Origin: an uncultured Candidatus Saccharibacteria bacterium
Lineage (GTDB): Bacteria > Patescibacteriota > Minisyncoccia > Phycocordibacterales > UBA10002
Length of the DNA stretch: 38,982 nucleotides
Direction: 5' to 3'
Assembly (NCBI GenBank): GCA_964373775.1
Contig: CAYJWA010000002.1
Span: 1-38,982 of the forward strand
The notes below the pieces were generated by a model. That model was not told the origin of the DNA. It saw nothing but the letters and a program-made list of their open reading frames with translations, and did not search any database. The translations under genes and the position numbers were made by a program. This document shows positions 38,814-38,982 of the stretch, piece by piece. The first letter of the stretch is position 1; every line of letters starts with the position of its first letter.

Positions 38814-38822
38814 ATTGTAACA
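38814..38822 (-). promoter_or_regulatory. Extended -10 element (TGtTACAAT) for the MFS gene
   Basis: Minus strand reads atgttacaat. No good -35. Confidence 0.4.
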
Positions 38823-38895
38823 TGGCGACAGAAATCTTTGCTGTGTGCGGATGGACGGGCCCGTTCGTTCATAGCAGATACGTTTAACGAATAGA

Positions 38896-38982
38896 GGTAG
38901 ATACACTTGACGAATGGTGCACACGAATACCAAAAGCGGTAGATACACTTGACGAATGGTGCACGCGAATTTTAGGAAGGCG
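38896..38982. repeat. 42-bp-period tandem repeat at the window end (about 2 units), continuous with nt 1-55
   Basis: ggtagatacacttgacgaatggtgcacacgaa at 38896-38927, then taccaaaagc + the same core at 38928-38969. Confidence 0.9.

Noticed and set aside
1-38982. Complete circular plasmid or phage genome, suggested by the terminal 55-nt overlap
   Set aside because: The content is core chromosomal (rpoB, rpoC, uvrABC, mreB, trmD, tgt, rnpB, tRNAs). There are no replication, partition, capsid, terminase or integrase genes. A tandem-repeat-induced assembly boundary is more likely.

Overview
38.98-kb chromosomal fragment using the standard genetic code. Gene content and style suggest a small-genome Patescibacteria/CPR-type bacterium (inference only). 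Genes in order: YHS-like mini-protein (-), secreted Gly/Pro/Met-rich coiled-coil protein, tRNA-Leu(UAG) (-), a tRNA-like relic (-), tRNA-Lys(CUU) (-), an RNase P RNA (rnpB, invisible to the ORF track), CphA-like ATP-grasp protein, DUF456 protein, LOG-family protein (-), tgt, YdeN-type hydrolase, PurS-like protein, uvrB, FIST protein + histidine kinase + REC-REC regulator, uvrA, small REC-like ORF (-), uvrC, rpoB, rpoC, mreB, a 2493-aa LTD/Ig-like/CarboxypepD_reg-like/FN3/PG-binding surface protein, trmD, MFS transporter (-). I saw no transposase, integrase, prophage, CRISPR/cas or recognisable defence genes. The unusual content is below the gene level. (1) Short, often perfect hairpin/palindromic repeats sit in frame and stop-free inside conserved genes (uvrB, uvrC, uvrA, tgt, trmD) and inside rnpB, and identical or related copies occur in intergenic DNA. 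This resembles Rickettsia palindromic elements. (2) A ~135-190-nt structured element occurs three times in the same orientation, directly upstream of rpoB, rpoC and the secreted-protein gene. (3) Four small transcription units are bounded by near-consensus TTGACA-N16/17-TATACT-type promoters and strong intrinsic terminators, with no convincing ORF. (4) Heptamer microsatellites and low-complexity palindromes fill gene boundaries. (5) A perfect 39-nt palindrome encodes the C-termini and stop codons of two convergent genes. (6) The window starts and ends with the same 55 nt. All homology calls come from reading the translations and from remembered family motifs; no database search was run.
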